A stretch of DNA of 64,000 nt from an uncultured Calditrichota bacterium (GTDB taxonomy: Bacteria; Calditrichota; Calditrichia; JAJRVZ01): NCBI GenBank assembly GCA_964489835.1, contig CAZBBC010000001.1:5517-69516 (forward strand). The letters are read 5' to 3'. Both the position numbers and the translations under genes were made by a program. The notes beneath the pieces were generated by a model that worked only from the letters and a program-made list of their open reading frames with translations, was not told where the DNA came from and did no database searches. Every line of letters begins with the position of its first letter. Position 1 is the first letter of the stretch. Shown one piece after another: positions 41,462 to 54,625 of this stretch.

Positions 41462-42394
41462 CTATTTTTCATTTTTTCGCCATTGTATCAAAGCTTTTTT
41501 TATAAATCCTTCATTTCTTTCTAAACATTCTTCTGCTGAATCCAGATCCTGTCCGGTGAGGGCCATTAAAATAGCTGCTTTAACATGACCCTGCGATTTC
41601 TTCAAAAAATAGGAGGCTTTTTTATAATTTTCATCTGTTGCCATCATAATGATTTTTTTAGAGCGTTCGATTAATTTTTGTGAATTCGGCTGTAGATCAA
41701 CCATCATATTTTCATAGACTTTACCAAGTTTGATCATCGCTGTTGTTGTCAGCATATTAAGCACCATTTTTTGAGCACTTCCTGCTTTCATTCTGGTTGA
41801 TCCCATTACAACCTCCGCTCCCGGCACCGGGCAAATGGCAACATCCACATCTACCTGAACCACTTTTCGTGGATTACAAATAATAAATATTGTTTTTGCC
41901 CCTATTCTTCTTGCCTCTTCCAGTGCCCCGATAACATAAGGTGTACGTTGACTTGCCGCAATTCCACAAACAACATCCCGGGAAGTAATATTCTTTTTAC
42001 GTAAATCAATGGCCCCTTGATCTTTTTTATCTTCCTGACCCTCCTGCGCTTTAACCAGAGCCTCAAAGCCACCGGCGATAATGCCCTGGACCATTTCCGG
42101 ATCAGACCCGAAGGTTGGTGGACATTCCGCAGCATCTAAAACCCCCAGACGACCGGAAGTGCCGGCGCCAACGTAAATCAGACGGCCCTTTTTTATAAAG
42201 GCTTCTGCAATAATCTCCGCCGCCTGTATAATATAGGGGATTTCTTTTTCTACCGCTAGCGGTACTTTCTTGTCTTCCCGATTTATCAACCGCAAAATTT
42301 CTTCCGTACTCATAATATCTACATTATAAGTATCCGGATTTCTATTTTCCGTAATAAGTGCCGCAAGTTCTTTAAAAACAGTGTTTTGTCCCAC
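41462..42394 (-). CDS. murQ: N-acetylmuramic acid 6-phosphate etherase
   Basis: A SIS domain carries [13 protein letters not shown]. The ~300 aa size and the C-terminal conserved Glu region fit. Confidence 0.85.
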   Translation of the reverse strand: MGQNTVFKELAALITENRNPDTYNVDIMSTEEILRLINREDKKVPLAVEKEIPYIIQAAEIIAEAFIKKGRLIYVGAGTSGRLGVLDAAECPPTFGSDPEMVQGIIAGGFEALVKAQEGQEDKKDQGAIDLRKKNITSRDVVCGIAASQRTPYVIGALEEARRIGAKTIFIICNPRKVVQVDVDVAICPVPGAEVVMGSTRMKAGSAQKMVLNMLTTTAMIKLGKVYENMMVDLQPNSQKLIERSKKIIMMATDENYKKASYFLKKSQGHVKAAILMALTGQDLDSAEECLERNEGFIKKALIQWRKNEK

Positions 42395-43051
42395 TTATTT
42401 CCCCAATATTACTACCCATTTATTTTTCAAATAATTTGAGAAATTTAACCAGTTGAGACTTGGTGTACAGGCCCTGACAGTTACATTTTCAAATTTCATG
42501 CTTTCGACTTCCCGCTGATAATTCCCACCCTTTAATACAAACATTTTGCTGTTTTCCGCCATCATCTCTGTGGTCCAACACCACAGATTATCAAGACTGG
42601 CCACACCCCGACTCACAAACAATTCAAACTTCCCCGCTGTATGATATTGATAATACTCACACCGCTGTCCAATAATTGGACAATTGAGATTAAGCTGATC
42701 ACAAACCTCCTGCAAAAACATCACTTTTTTATGTGAAGAATCAAGAAGTGTCATTGACATATCCGGCCGCATGATTTTTAAAATGATACCGGGAAATCCT
42801 CCGCCGCTACCAATATCGATGGTATTTCCCCCGATTTTTTCGGGAAGACATGAGTAAAGGTATAAGGATGGCAGATAATGTCTTTCTACAATATGCGGGA
42901 TATCATTCTGTGATACCAGATTTTGCTTTTTTGTCCAGATCTTTAAAAGATCAAGATATTTATAAAAATGTTCTTTTTGTTTTATGGTGACAGAAAAGTT
43001 CCGGGATTCTAAAAAATCATACAACTCATTAAGATTGAGCGGATGTTTCAC
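42395..43051 (-). CDS. rsmG: 16S rRNA (guanine527-N7)-methyltransferase
   Basis: The SAM motif is [11 protein letters not shown]. The gene sits directly downstream of mnmG (gidA–gidB synteny). Confidence 0.85.
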   Translation of the reverse strand: MKHPLNLNELYDFLESRNFSVTIKQKEHFYKYLDLLKIWTKKQNLVSQNDIPHIVERHYLPSLYLYSCLPEKIGGNTIDIGSGGGFPGIILKIMRPDMSMTLLDSSHKKVMFLQEVCDQLNLNCPIIGQRCEYYQYHTAGKFELFVSRGVASLDNLWCWTTEMMAENSKMFVLKGGNYQREVESMKFENVTVRACTPSLNWLNFSNYLKNKWVVILGK

Positions 43052-44915
43052 GTGAAACCTTTCTTTGGTATTTTTCTCTTTCCAGATAAATCAGTAAAAC
43101 AGACAGATCTGCGGGCGATACTCCGGAAATACGGGAAGCTTGTCCAAAGCTCTCCGGTTTTATTTTAGCCAATTTTTCTCTGGCCTCGGTAGATAGGGCG
43201 GCAATAGATTCATAATCAAAATCCGGCGGAATTATACGGCTTTCCTGCTGTTGAAAACGTGTTAACAGGGCCTGGTTCCGCCTGACATATCCTTCGTATT
43301 TTATGTTAAAAGCGACTTCCTGAATGGCTTCTTCGCTATATGAATGGATCTGATTCAAACGAAGAATTTCTCCCAATTCTACTTCCGGCCGTTTGATTAA
43401 ATGAATGATTTTTTCGGGCTGGTGCAGCATAGAACTTTTATGGGAAAAATGTTCATTAAACAAAGCATTGTTCACACTGGTGCGATTAATATAGTTTCTT
43501 AATTTGTTAATCTGGGTAATTTTATCTTCAACCCTGTTCACATCTTTTTTATCTAACAGCCCAGTTTTTGCTCCATATTTAGCCAGGCGTAAATCTGCGT
43601 TATCCTGACGCAGTAAAAGACGAAATTCTGCCCTGGAAGTAAACATACGGTATGGCTCCAGTGTACTCTTATTTATCAAATCGTCGATAAGAACACCGAT
43701 ATATGCCTCCGAACGGGATAATTTAAATGGCCTGGATTTATATATTTTTAACGCGGCATTAATGCCGGCCATTAATCCCTGGGCTGCTGCTTCCTCATAA
43801 CCGGAAGTCCCATTAATCTGACCGGCAAAATAAAGTCCTTCCACCAATTTTGTCTCCAGGGTAAAATAAAGCTGGTGTGGTGGAAAAAAGTCATATTCTA
43901 CAGCATATCCCAGCCTTACGATTTCTGCTTTTTCCAATCCCGGAATGGTTTTCACTGCTCGTCGTTGTATGCTTTCCGGTAAACTTGTAGAAAAACCGTT
44001 TAAATAGATTTCCGGATCATCGTATCCTTCCGGCTCCATAAAAAGCTGGTGCCTTGGCTTATGGGCAAAACGATTGATCTTATCCTCAATTGACGGGCAA
44101 TACCGTGGACCAATTGATTTGATTCTCCCAATGAACATAGGAGATTCATCAAATCCCTCGCGCAGAACGGCATGCGTCTTTTTATTTGTGTGGCTGATAT
44201 AACAGGATATTTGTTTTCTATCAATTTTTTCCGTGGCATACGAAAAGGGTATCGGTGGATCGTCCGGTTTCTGTTCTTCAAACTTGCCGAAGTCCATGGA
44301 ATCTTTTAATAACCTGGGGGGGGTGCCCGTTTTTAAACGTCCGGATTCAAACCCGGCTGTCACAAGATTTTCCGTGATTCCCCGGGCGGGATTTTCCCCG
44401 GCCCTGCCCGATTTAAAATTCATCAGACCAATATGTATGACCCCGTTAAGAAATGTCCCCGCTGTCAGGATTACGGCATCAGCGTTTAATTCCCGACCGG
44501 ATTCTGTTCGTACCGCTCGGATTTTATTTTTCTCAATAATTAAACCGTTGACCGGGTCTTCAATAATAACCAGATTTTTAATATGGCTTAACCTTTGACC
44601 AGCTACCTCCGCATAGTATTTCCGATCTGCCTGGGCGCGAGGTGACCATACCGCCGGACCTTTTGATTTATTGAGCATCTTAAAATGAATCCCGGAGGCA
44701 TCGATGATCCGGGCCATTTGGCCACCAATGGCATCAATTTCCCTTACCAGCTGACCTTTCGCTAATCCGCCAATGGCCGGATTACAAGACATTAATCCAA
44801 TTTTATGCCGGTCCATTGTCAATAACGCTACCGAAAGCCCCATTTGGGCCGGTGCCGCCGCAGCTTCAATTCCTGCGTGTCCACCGCCTATAACTATTAC
44901 ATTAAAATCCGTCAT
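43029..44915 (-). CDS. mnmG: tRNA uridine 5-carboxymethylaminomethyl modification enzyme MnmG
   Basis: The FAD-binding N-terminus reads [14 protein letters not shown]. Full-length at 628 aa. Confidence 0.96.
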   Translation of the reverse strand: MTDFNVIVIGGGHAGIEAAAAPAQMGLSVALLTMDRHKIGLMSCNPAIGGLAKGQLVREIDAIGGQMARIIDASGIHFKMLNKSKGPAVWSPRAQADRKYYAEVAGQRLSHIKNLVIIEDPVNGLIIEKNKIRAVRTESGRELNADAVILTAGTFLNGVIHIGLMNFKSGRAGENPARGITENLVTAGFESGRLKTGTPPRLLKDSMDFGKFEEQKPDDPPIPFSYATEKIDRKQISCYISHTNKKTHAVLREGFDESPMFIGRIKSIGPRYCPSIEDKINRFAHKPRHQLFMEPEGYDDPEIYLNGFSTSLPESIQRRAVKTIPGLEKAEIVRLGYAVEYDFFPPHQLYFTLETKLVEGLYFAGQINGTSGYEEAAAQGLMAGINAALKIYKSRPFKLSRSEAYIGVLIDDLINKSTLEPYRMFTSRAEFRLLLRQDNADLRLAKYGAKTGLLDKKDVNRVEDKITQINKLRNYINRTSVNNALFNEHFSHKSSMLHQPEKIIHLIKRPEVELGEILRLNQIHSYSEEAIQEVAFNIKYEGYVRRNQALLTRFQQQESRIIPPDFDYESIAALSTEAREKLAKIKPESFGQASRISGVSPADLSVLLIYLEREKYQRKVSRETSAQS

Positions 44916-44955
44916 CGATTCTCAGGTTTCACGTGAAACATTTGTCATTAATTTA

Positions 44956-46344
44956 TTATTTACCTATACAAAAATTAGCAAATACATTGTTCAAAATATC
45001 ATCAGTGACTGTCTCCCCGGTGATTTCTGACAATGCATCCAACGCCTGTCGCAAATCCACTGCCGCAAATTCAAAACCACCATTTTCTTTCAAAATATTA
45101 CAGGCTTCATTTAAATGAGTTGCCGTCCGGTCTAAAACTTCTTTTTGTCTTTTACTGGTAATGATTAAATTTTCCGAGTATTTTTCAAATCCCTTGGAAA
45201 TGTTATCCATAATTGATTTCTCAAGATCCTTTAAGCCCTTACCCGTTTTAGCCGAAATTTTGACAACGGATTTTCCTGTGGATTTCAGCTGTTTTAGCGT
45301 TGTTTGGTCTGGGCCCAAATCCGCTTTATTGGCGACCAGTATTACTTGAGATTTAATGGTATCCAGGGTATCCACGATAAGTTTCCATGAATGTTCAAGG
45401 ATCGTGTGGCTGGAATCAACCACTAATAATATTAAATCTGCCAGTGAGACTTGTGATTGGGTTCTTTTAATTCCTTCGATCTCTATGGCATCCCTGCTTT
45501 CTCTTAGACCTGCTGTATCAACCAATTTAAAAAGAATGTCATTTATGACAATATTTTCATGAATGGTGTCACGCGTCGTACCTGGAAGGTGGCTGGTAAT
45601 TGCCCGGTTTTCACCAAGGATTTGATTTAAAAGCGTTGATTTCCCCACATTTGGCTCCCCGATAATGGTCAGGTGGACGCCACCTTCTAACAATTTTGCA
45701 TAATTGTAACTGGATGTTAACTTTTTTAACTGTTTTTCCAGGCCATTCAATTGTGATAACAGCTTCTTGCGGGTCAGAGCCATAAGATCTTGTTCGGTAA
45801 AATCGAGATCCATCTCGACTGATCCAATTATTTCAATGAGTTTCTGTTTGGTTTCTATAATTTTCGTGGCCAGTTTTCCATTAAGTTGCTCCAACGAATT
45901 TTTTATGCCTATTCTCGATTTTGCCTTAATAATACTGGACACGGCTTCGGCCTGAGACAAATCCATTTTTCCATTAAGAAATGCCCGCAGTGTAAATTCT
46001 CCTGCCCTGGAAATCCGGGCACCCCGATTTATCAGAACTTCCATAATATCATCTACGATAAAGGGGTTTGCGTGACACGAAATTTCCACATAATTTTCGC
46101 CGGTATAAGAATTGGGGGCGTGAAAAATGGAGATTAATACCTGATCAAAGACTTTGTTCTCGCTTATAATCCGACCATAGTGAATCGTATTTGCCGGAAC
46201 GGTCAAAAGATCCTTTCCGGAAAATACTTTAGCCGCAATCGAAATAGCATCCGGACCACTCATCCTGATAACGGCAATACTGCCCGAGCCCAGCGCAGTC
46301 GCCAGGGCAATAATGGTACTTGAAAAATCAGTGGTTTTATCCAT
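44956..46344 (-). CDS. mnmE: tRNA modification GTPase MnmE
   Basis: G-domain motifs GEPNVGKSTLLN and DTAG are present. The C-terminus ends CIGK. Confidence 0.95.
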   Translation of the reverse strand: MDKTTDFSSTIIALATALGSGSIAVIRMSGPDAISIAAKVFSGKDLLTVPANTIHYGRIISENKVFDQVLISIFHAPNSYTGENYVEISCHANPFIVDDIMEVLINRGARISRAGEFTLRAFLNGKMDLSQAEAVSSIIKAKSRIGIKNSLEQLNGKLATKIIETKQKLIEIIGSVEMDLDFTEQDLMALTRKKLLSQLNGLEKQLKKLTSSYNYAKLLEGGVHLTIIGEPNVGKSTLLNQILGENRAITSHLPGTTRDTIHENIVINDILFKLVDTAGLRESRDAIEIEGIKRTQSQVSLADLILLVVDSSHTILEHSWKLIVDTLDTIKSQVILVANKADLGPDQTTLKQLKSTGKSVVKISAKTGKGLKDLEKSIMDNISKGFEKYSENLIITSKRQKEVLDRTATHLNEACNILKENGGFEFAAVDLRQALDALSEITGETVTDDILNNVFANFCIGK

Positions 46345-46415
46345 AAAAAAAGCCCCCTGCGGGAGCCCCTTTTAATTCTTATTAATAAACATAAAACATT
46401 TATTAATTGTTTGTT

Positions 46416-48146
46416 TTACTTAGATTTACCGTTTCCATCCGTTATCTTTTGCTGGATAATGGTCCATAGATTAAACAGCGTGTAATAAAGATTTAAACCG
46501 GATGGGAACTGGTTAAAAATCAAAAGCATAAAAACGGGCATAAGATAGACCATCGCTTTTTGTTTGGGATCCTGCATCGTCATTTTCGATTGAAAAATCA
46601 TGGTTCCCGCCATTAAAATCGGTAGAATATTAAATTGATCTCCATACATTGGCAATGAAAAAGGCAGGGTAAAAATTGTATCCGCCCTGGATAAATCATC
46701 TATCCAGCCGGGAATAAAAGAGGCGCCTCGCAATTGTATGGTGGACCGAAACACAATAAACAAGGCGGCCAGGAGGGGCAATTGCAGCAGCATCGGAAGG
46801 CATCCTCCCATCGGATTAATCCCATGCTCTTTGTATAATTTCATTGTCTCTTTGTTCATCCGCTGTGGATCGCTTTTATATTTTTCTTTGAGTTCCGCAA
46901 GCAATGGTTGTACGCGACTCATTTCCTTCATAGATTTATAACTTTTTTTGGTTAGCGGATAGACGACGATTTTAACCAAAATGGAAAAAAGGATAATAAC
47001 GAGACCATAGTTTGGAATAAACAACTGGAAAAATTTAAATACTTTTAAAATAAATAGACTGATGGGGCGGAACGTGCGTTCATACCAGCCGTGGTTCATA
47101 ACCAACTGATCCAGGCCATTGTTATAATCAGACAAAATAGAATGATCAAGCGGTCCCATGTATATTCTATACGTATCATCAATACCATAATTAACAACGG
47201 TGCTGACTATCGATGTATTATATCGTCGTTCTAATATATCACCGACTTTAACACCCTCCCCCCCGAATATGGCACCCGTGGTTTTGCTCCTTGTCGGAAT
47301 GATCGCTGACACAAAATATTTTGTTCGGGTGGCAATCCAATCAGTTTTACCATTCATCGGAATTGAATTCACACGTTCCTCTGAGTCAATGCTGAAATTT
47401 TCTAGTTCTCCCCCCATACTGGCATAAGATTCACTATATGAATAATCCTCACTCGAATTACTTTCATTCGTCGGCATACCGTTTATCCAGCTGATTTCAT
47501 AATCATCGTTTAATAAAAGATCTCCGGCCTTTGCAATTTTGAACTGTAAGTCGATATGATAGCTACCGCCATAAATTGTTATCTCTTTGTGTATGATCAT
47601 CCCCTCTATCTCTAATTCATAACGCAAGGTATAAGTTTCTTCCGCTTTCAGGTCAATTTTTTGGGGAACGTCATCAATCATTTTAAATGGGTAATCGTTC
47701 AAATTGACTTTCCGACCGGATGTGGTAATAAAAGTAATCTCCATACCATTTTTCATAGATCCGTCGATGATCTTTGCCGGTTCCCCTAACCAGGTATCAT
47801 AAGCTTTCAAGTACCAGAATTGAAAATTCCCGCCGCCCTGGTTCGATATGGCAGCCGAGATCTTTTGTGTTTCTATTGTCGTAATAACAGCCTCGGAAAA
47901 TTCTACAACGGCAGGTTCTTGTATCTCTTCTCTCTCTTCTGAAAAAATATCTGGCGTTTTGCTCTCAACAGATCTTGCAATTTGTTGATTGTTTACCGGT
48001 TTATCCTCTTGTGTCGGCTCTTCTGAAAATTCTGTCTGCTGTTTTTCCTGAACGACCGTTTCATCATATATAAGACTATAATAAGACGGTAAAAGAAGTA
48101 TGATTACTGTGATGATAACAATTGCTAATAGTGATTTTTTATCCAT
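46416..48146 (-). CDS. yidC: membrane protein insertase YidC
   Basis: An N-terminal TM is followed by a periplasmic domain and a conserved C-terminal 5-TM core. 576 aa. Confidence 0.92.
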   Translation of the reverse strand: MDKKSLLAIVIITVIILLLPSYYSLIYDETVVQEKQQTEFSEEPTQEDKPVNNQQIARSVESKTPDIFSEEREEIQEPAVVEFSEAVITTIETQKISAAISNQGGGNFQFWYLKAYDTWLGEPAKIIDGSMKNGMEITFITTSGRKVNLNDYPFKMIDDVPQKIDLKAEETYTLRYELEIEGMIIHKEITIYGGSYHIDLQFKIAKAGDLLLNDDYEISWINGMPTNESNSSEDYSYSESYASMGGELENFSIDSEERVNSIPMNGKTDWIATRTKYFVSAIIPTRSKTTGAIFGGEGVKVGDILERRYNTSIVSTVVNYGIDDTYRIYMGPLDHSILSDYNNGLDQLVMNHGWYERTFRPISLFILKVFKFFQLFIPNYGLVIILFSILVKIVVYPLTKKSYKSMKEMSRVQPLLAELKEKYKSDPQRMNKETMKLYKEHGINPMGGCLPMLLQLPLLAALFIVFRSTIQLRGASFIPGWIDDLSRADTIFTLPFSLPMYGDQFNILPILMAGTMIFQSKMTMQDPKQKAMVYLMPVFMLLIFNQFPSGLNLYYTLFNLWTIIQQKITDGNGKSK

Positions 48147-48162
48147 AATTATTGTCTATGTC

Positions 48163-48383
48163 CTACCTTGAGTTTTTCTTTTTAACCGGATCAAATCCGC
48201 CTTCATGCAGGGGATGACATTTACTGATACGTACCAGACTGTACCATATGCCCCTAATCAAACCGTGAGCCTGAATAGATTGATAACTATATTCAGAACA
48301 CGTGGGATAAAACCTACAATGTGGGGAAAATAAAGGTGATATAAATTTTCTATATATGTTAATTAATAAAAGTAGAAATGTTT

Positions 48384-48387
<4 letters not shown>
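48163..48387 (-). CDS. yidD: membrane protein insertion efficiency factor YidD
   Basis: The YidD signature FYPTCSEY…CHPLHEGGFDPV is present. Confidence 0.85.
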
Positions 48388-48861
<474 letters not shown>

Positions 48862-49122
48862 TTATTCCTATTTATACCTGTTGTATTAAATAACGCCGAA
48901 ACTTATTATTTTAATATATTTACACGAACTAATCAAGACATATACCATAAATTTATCGAATCATAAATAGACTAATTAAAATATCTTTTACAACAGGGTA
49001 AATTCAGGTTAACAAATACAAGTTACAAAATAAATATCCTCGATAAAAAATATCATGAAATTAATTTACAGAACAAATAGTTATAGAATAATCAGCTAAA
49101 TTAATATTGGATATTCAGATCA

Positions 49123-49725
49123 ATGAATGAAAAAAAGATGTGGGACCAGCGTTATAGCACAAAAGAATTTGCCTATGGTAAAGAACCTAACGATTTTTTG
49201 GTACAAATTGCTGAACATATTCCAAAGGGAAGACTTCTTTGTTTGGCCGAAGGAGAAGGTAGAAATGCAGTATATCTTTCCGGAATGGGACATGATGTTC
49301 ATGTTGTTGACTTCTCTCTTGCTGGATTGCATAAAGCGACTTTATTGGCTAAAGAACGTTCAGTAAAAATCAAAACTTTTTTAGAAGATCTTGCAAATTT
49401 TAAAATTGGTATTGGTACCTGGGACGCGATTGTTTGTATTTTTTGTCATTTATCACCTAAACCACGAAAAAATCTGCATAGAAAAATAATGCTTGGTTTA
49501 CGTCGCGGTGGGGTCTTTGTTTTAGAGTCATATTCATCCGCTCAATTAAAATATAAAACCGGTGGGCCACGTACAGAAGAACTTTTGCTGGATTTGAAAA
49601 CAATAAAAAGGGAATTGTATGGTCTTGATTTCAAAATTGCCCTTGAGAAAGAACGGAATGTTTATGAAGGAAAATATCACAATGGTCCTGGGGCCGTTAT
49701 TCAGGTATATGCTGTTAAAACATAA
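49123..49725 (+). CDS. class I SAM-dependent methyltransferase (TehB-like small MTase)
   Basis: The glycine-rich motif LCLAEGEGRNAVYLSGMGHDVHVVD is followed by acidic and hydrophobic motifs. 200 aa. Confidence 0.65.
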   Translation: MNEKKMWDQRYSTKEFAYGKEPNDFLVQIAEHIPKGRLLCLAEGEGRNAVYLSGMGHDVHVVDFSLAGLHKATLLAKERSVKIKTFLEDLANFKIGIGTWDAIVCIFCHLSPKPRKNLHRKIMLGLRRGGVFVLESYSSAQLKYKTGGPRTEELLLDLKTIKRELYGLDFKIALEKERNVYEGKYHNGPGAVIQVYAVKT

Positions 49726-49739
49726 TAAATTTGTCGTAT

Positions 49740-50158
49740 ATAACGAGATCTCTCCCGATATTTAAATGTAAATGATAAGAATATATCTCCACTATATATC
49801 TCTTTTTTAATATTATTTATTCTGTGTAATTCATGAATATCAGATTTATCAAATATCCACATAGTTATTCATAATCATCTGTTAATAAGATGTTATTTTT
49901 TTATAATATCTTGGCAATAAAGCTCTTTAAATATTTATTTTAAAAAAGTTATTAGATATTATTCACATATTTTCACAACTTATTTATAATTTTTATTATA
50001 TCTTTTCCTAAATTACCGGCTTATTATAAGTTATTCACATATTCACAGGACTATATACTACAACTATATTATATTACATATATTTAAGAGTATAAAATCA
50101 CCTTGATATAAATTCATTTATTAAGTATTTTTAATACACAATATACCAATTGGAGGAA
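49740..50158. promoter_or_regulatory. candidate oriC: AT-rich spacer with at least three same-orientation DnaA boxes directly upstream of dnaN
   Basis: The boxes are ATATCCACA at 49853–49861, TTATTCACA at 49959–49967 and TTATTCACA at 50031–50039. These compare with TTATNCACA. AT-rich tracts lie between the boxes. Confidence 0.5.
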
Positions 50159-50160
50159 CT

Positions 50161-51273
50161 ATGAACTTTACTGTTTCAAGAAATAGTATTTTCAAAGCAT
50201 TACAAAAAGTTATTAACGTAATACCAAGTAAAACAACGATTGATATTCTTTATAATATTTTACTTACAACCGAAGAAAAAAAATTAAAAATCGTTGCCAC
50301 CGATCTTGAAATTACTCAAATCTCTTGGTGTGATTGTAAGGTAGAAGAGACTGGTTCTATCGTTCTTCCCGGAAAATTAGTAATGGATATTTTGAGAGAA
50401 ATGCCAGAAACAGATTTAACCTTTAAGGTTGATAGTAATTTTAAAATAGGTTTAAATTCACAATTTGGTGAATATAAAATATCCGGACAGAATGTGAATG
50501 ATTATCCTAGTATCCCATCTCTGGAAACAGAAGAAACGGTCAAAATAAAAAATGTATATTTAAAGAGAATGATAGAAAAAACATTATATGCTTGTTCTAC
50601 CGATAATTTACGTCCAGCTTTAACAGGTGTCTTTTGTCAAATATTAAATGATCATATTCGTATGGTATCTACTGACGGACATCGATTGGTAAAAATATCA
50701 AATTTTGATTTTTCTTCACCGAATCTTCAACGTGAATTAATCGTTCCAACCCGGGCATTGAATCTTGTTGCAAGAAATATTTCTGATGAAGGTACTCAAG
50801 AAATCATTTTAGGAAAAAATCATGTTCTTTTTAAATTCGATGATACGTTGTTGTATTCAAGAATAATAAATGAACCATATCCGGATTATGAACGTGTTAT
50901 TCCACAGAATAATACGAAAGAGCTGTCCATCAATCGTGATGTGTTAATTGCTTCTGTAAAACGTGTTTCTTTGTTTTCAAATCCTATTAGTTATCAGGTA
51001 AAGATTAGATTTAGTGATAATAAAATTGATATTTATGCACAAGATATTGATTTTGGAGGAGAAGCACATGAAAGTTTAGAATGTGTCTATGAAGCAACTG
51101 AATTAGAAATTGCTTATAACGCAAATTATTTATTAGATACTTTGAGACACGTTGGTACAGATAAAATTCGCATGTCTCTTGAATCATCAGATGGACCGGG
51201 ACTTGTCTTTCCACAGGAACAAAGAGAAAAAGAAGAACTACTTATGCTGGTGATGCCGGTTAGATTGAGTTAA
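50161..51273 (+). CDS. dnaN: DNA polymerase III β sliding clamp
   Basis: 370 aa in three domains. A GGAGG RBS is present. Confidence 0.95.
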   Translation: MNFTVSRNSIFKALQKVINVIPSKTTIDILYNILLTTEEKKLKIVATDLEITQISWCDCKVEETGSIVLPGKLVMDILREMPETDLTFKVDSNFKIGLNSQFGEYKISGQNVNDYPSIPSLETEETVKIKNVYLKRMIEKTLYACSTDNLRPALTGVFCQILNDHIRMVSTDGHRLVKISNFDFSSPNLQRELIVPTRALNLVARNISDEGTQEIILGKNHVLFKFDDTLLYSRIINEPYPDYERVIPQNNTKELSINRDVLIASVKRVSLFSNPISYQVKIRFSDNKIDIYAQDIDFGGEAHESLECVYEATELEIAYNANYLLDTLRHVGTDKIRMSLESSDGPGLVFPQEQREKEELLMLVMPVRLS

Positions 51274-51279
51274 TAGTGA

Positions 51280-52392
51280 ATGATTCTAAAAAACCTGGAG
51301 ATAGAAAACTTCCGCATTTTTTCACAAATAAAAATAAGTTTTGACGATGAAATAAATATCATCTCGGGGATGAATGGACAGGGGAAAACAAGTATTCTTG
51401 AATCAATATACTACCTTGCACTCACCAAAAGCTTCCGAACCTCTAATGATAATCATGTAATTTCATATAACAAAAGCTATTTTAATACTAAAAGTAATTT
51501 TTCTTCAAAACTTTCATCGAATAAAAAAATAAGACTTTTTTATTCCAGCCAAGAAGGAAAACACCTTTTTGTAAACAAAAAAGAAATATTAAAATTTTCG
51601 GATTATATTGGAACAGTTCCTTGCGTAATCCTGACGTTAGACGATCTAAAACTTACTCGTGGAGGTCCACAGGAAAGAAGAAAATTTATTGATATACTCA
51701 TTTCACAAATTAGTCCTGTGTATCTCGATGACCTGAAAATTTATCGGAGAACGTTACAACAAAAAAATGCATTATTAGGAAGTGAAGACAAAAATAAAAT
51801 AAAAGATCAAATTTCTATCTGGAATGAAAAACTTATTGAGCACGGAACAAGAATTATATTACATCGTTTAGACGCTGTTAATTTTTTTAATACCCATTTA
51901 TCTGACTATTATAATACAATTTCTGCATTACATGATAATATAATGGTTAATTACAACTCAAGCATTGGAGAAAATATAAAATCCTATGATAAAACACGTA
52001 TTGAAAAATTGTTTGAAAGAAAACTTCATCTTATTTATAGGTATGAACTTGAACGAAAAATGTCAGTTGTTGGTCCACACAGAGATGATATAATTTTTTA
52101 TAAAGACGGAAAACTTTTCAGGGACTTTTGTTCTCAGGGAGAAAATAAAACCTTAGTTATTGCATTAAAATTTTTAGAGTGGGAATACATTTCTCACGAA
52201 CGACACCTAAAACCCATCTTGCTCCTTGATGATATCTTTGGAGAATTAGATGAGTTACGAATGCAAGGCATATTGAATTTCTTGGGTAAAATTGGTCAGG
52301 CTTTTATTACGACAACCTTGCAAGATAAATTTAAAAAACATTTAATGAGCAGAAAATTTATTCTTAAAGATAAAAAATTATATGATGCCTAA
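51280..52392 (+). CDS. recF: DNA replication and repair protein RecF
   Basis: The N-terminus NFRIF…ISGMNGQGKTSILE is a Walker A motif. The C-terminal signature LLLDDIFGELD is present. Confidence 0.93.
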   Translation: MILKNLEIENFRIFSQIKISFDDEINIISGMNGQGKTSILESIYYLALTKSFRTSNDNHVISYNKSYFNTKSNFSSKLSSNKKIRLFYSSQEGKHLFVNKKEILKFSDYIGTVPCVILTLDDLKLTRGGPQERRKFIDILISQISPVYLDDLKIYRRTLQQKNALLGSEDKNKIKDQISIWNEKLIEHGTRIILHRLDAVNFFNTHLSDYYNTISALHDNIMVNYNSSIGENIKSYDKTRIEKLFERKLHLIYRYELERKMSVVGPHRDDIIFYKDGKLFRDFCSQGENKTLVIALKFLEWEYISHERHLKPILLLDDIFGELDELRMQGILNFLGKIGQAFITTTLQDKFKKHLMSRKFILKDKKLYDA

Positions 52393-52675
52393 AAATAACT
52401 TTAAAGATATGCCCTCTGTCCTGAAAAAGGTATTAAATAAATATAATCTGACAGAATCTGTTTTAAAAAATAATATTATAAATAATTGGGAATCCATGGT
52501 TGGTAAAAAGATCGCAAAACAATGTACGCCTGTCGCATTAACAGATAATATTTTAACCATTCGCGCAAAAGATAATATATGGAGACAGGAACTTGCACAT
52601 AGGCAGAAGGATTTGGTAAATTTGTTGAATGAACAGTTACAATCAACGCTTGTGAAAAAAATCAATATTATTTAA
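52382..52675 (+). CDS. dciA: DUF721 protein (DciA-like putative replicative helicase loader)
   Basis: 97 aa. The recF–DUF721–gyrB position is conserved. The start overlaps the recF stop. Confidence 0.6.
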   Translation: MMPKNNFKDMPSVLKKVLNKYNLTESVLKNNIINNWESMVGKKIAKQCTPVALTDNILTIRAKDNIWRQELAHRQKDLVNLLNEQLQSTLVKKINII

Positions 52676-54613
<1,938 letters not shown>

Positions 54614-54625
54614 ATAGGATAAACT

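Noticed and set aside
41278-41472. 64-aa minus-strand ORF covering the cupin–murQ intergenic region
   Set aside because: No RBS and low-complexity hydrophobic translation. It spans the conserved DnaA-box-like motif and hairpin, so the nucleotide-level repeat explains the region better than a gene does.
49120-49366. Two short ORFs (70 aa on the minus strand, 79 aa on the plus strand) inside the SAM-methyltransferase gene
   Set aside because: They are alternative frames of a CDS that has a clear SAM-binding motif. No independent support.
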